Shown here piece by piece: positions 62,701 through 64,000 of a stretch of DNA of 64,000 nucleotides. The translations under genes were made by a program, and so were the position numbers. Source of the stretch: Raillietiella orientalis (lineage: Eukaryota). Location of the stretch: contig JAYWIR010000002.1 in assembly GCA_036172245.1 (NCBI GenBank), forward strand, positions 5,828,001 to 5,892,000, read 5' to 3'. Under the pieces are notes generated by a model that saw only the letters and a program-made list of their open reading frames with translations, did no database searches and was not told where the DNA came from. Every line of letters starts with the position of its first letter. Position 1 is the stretch's first letter.

Positions 62701-64000
62701 CAGCAGGGTCTGCGTGTCTCACGGATTTCCTGACTGTAGAGGACGTGGTTGATCAGCTTGTGACTTGCAGTGCGAATTCCTCGGACGGTAGCCGATACGC
62801 CGTCCTTCCTTGAGTCCAGCTGCATCGTCCATGTCCTTCCTTTGGACTGGGTGATGTTGTCAAAGAAGTCGAGGTCGCCCTCGACGGTGGTGGTCTTCTT
62901 TGGCGCTACCTTGCTGCTCAGGAGATCCCGCACAACGGTGCTTTCCTCGGTGCAATCCGTTCACCAGGCAGAGGTGGGCGCTTCCGGACCAGGATATCCG
63001 AAATCTGACGAGGCAACCGGGTTACGAAGAAGTCGATTCCTGGTTGTGGGGAGCGTGCGCGCGATCTTGTTCTTCACGAAGATCGCCACCCCCCTCCGTC
63101 TCCTTATGCCTCCGCCTACGAACAGCTGGACGTCCAGTAGCCACTCGAGCTAGAGGCAGATCTAGAGGTCCATCTCGTGGGTCTTCTGAAGGCAAACGAT
63201 GTTGTTACGCTCGAGAATGCATGTGATTCTTCTCTTCTCCTGGTTCCAAATTCCGTTGATGTTTTAGGCAGCGATCTCAAGGCCTTTGACTGACAAAAGA
63301 AAGGAGGTCATCAGGGATTATTTGAAGCAGTTCCCTTTCTCCTTCTTCTCATACTCGGAAGACGCTGTTTGTCCCTTCTCCGCATAAGGAAAATCGCCAA
63401 AGTTGTTCTCCGTCCCGATATGGTCGGTGCTTTCTTCCGTGGACTGCCCTTCCTTCTGGACCAGAAGGGCAGTAGTCCTCGTAGATTTCCTTGCAGAGGA
63501 CAAGGTCAGTTGGGTCGACTCGACCAATTTGGCCCTTGAGTGAAGTCAGTTCATCTTCCATCTGCTATCGCTGCTCTGCACTCGGTACCTCCTTCCTTGG
63601 TTCTTCCTGGATTACAAAGATGTAGAGCAGAAGCTCTCTCTGTTCTACTGCCGTGCTGTCCGAGCAGACCTCCTCTCCAAGTAGGATCAGGAAGTACAGG
63701 ATGCACATTCTGCCTCCTCCCACTGCTCCTCTTCGTTTGCGCTTCTTTCTGTTGGCTCTTTCGTTAGGAGAGGTCTCCTCTGCTCGTTTCTTTGCATTCT
63801 TCTATTCCTCCAGCTCAGTGGAGTCCGGGTCAACGCCTGCGCTCGGGGTCTTCACTCTCTGTTGCTGTTCTTTCTCTCGTGCTTCGAGGATCGAAGGCAG
63901 ACACGGGTTGCGTGCCGCTCCCTGAATGTTTTATTGACGACCTCTGCCAGGGAATACGAGGGGCGCCTTGTCTTAAAAAGAAGAGATGATTAGCGCTGTC
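59729..64000 (-). mobile_element. Decayed non-LTR retrotransposon, RT plus C-terminal restriction-like endonuclease (RLE type)
   Basis: EEISIEEV; PI/SLMNAK..LTK..ANRL; FADMKVFDAV; RGSFQGNALG; LA*ED (decayed YADD); GLQINAQKS. Then a CCHC remnant (..DLLAG..THD), GRPAD, ENIGCP and DVRSCGRIP. A-rich tail at ~59729-59748. The 5' part runs toward the window edge. Confidence 0.85.

Noticed and set aside
1..64000. Alternative nuclear genetic code explaining the short ORFs
   Set aside because: The interruptions include all three stop codons and many frameshifts, which fits decay rather than codon reassignment.

Overview
This window is eukaryotic, most likely invertebrate, nuclear DNA. I found no convincingly intact gene. 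It is a dense mosaic of decayed foreign fragments, each about 0.3-2 kb. By hand translation across stops and frameshifts I find about ten separate pieces resembling the L polymerase of non-segmented negative-strand RNA viruses (Mononegavirales-like). They cover the N-terminus, RdRp pre-A/A, CR IV, the capping GxxT/HR region and the methyltransferase, several of them redundantly and on both strands. Weaker nucleoprotein-like and glycoprotein-like pieces are also present. Interleaved with these are: at least 7 copies of a gag-zinc-knuckle/retropepsin element with a conserved non-pol tail; fragments of a GC-rich tyrosine-recombinase element; a mitochondrial nad1 insertion in the invertebrate code; an RLE-type non-LTR retrotransposon at the right end; a LINE RT scrap; tRNA-like heads; a ~155-bp inverted repeat; and a ~30-copy 81-bp coding tandem repeat in a broken mucin/MAM-like gene. 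The overall picture is an endogenous-viral-element 'archive' locus, possibly a piRNA cluster. All homology calls are motif recognition by eye, not database results, and most boundaries are approximate.
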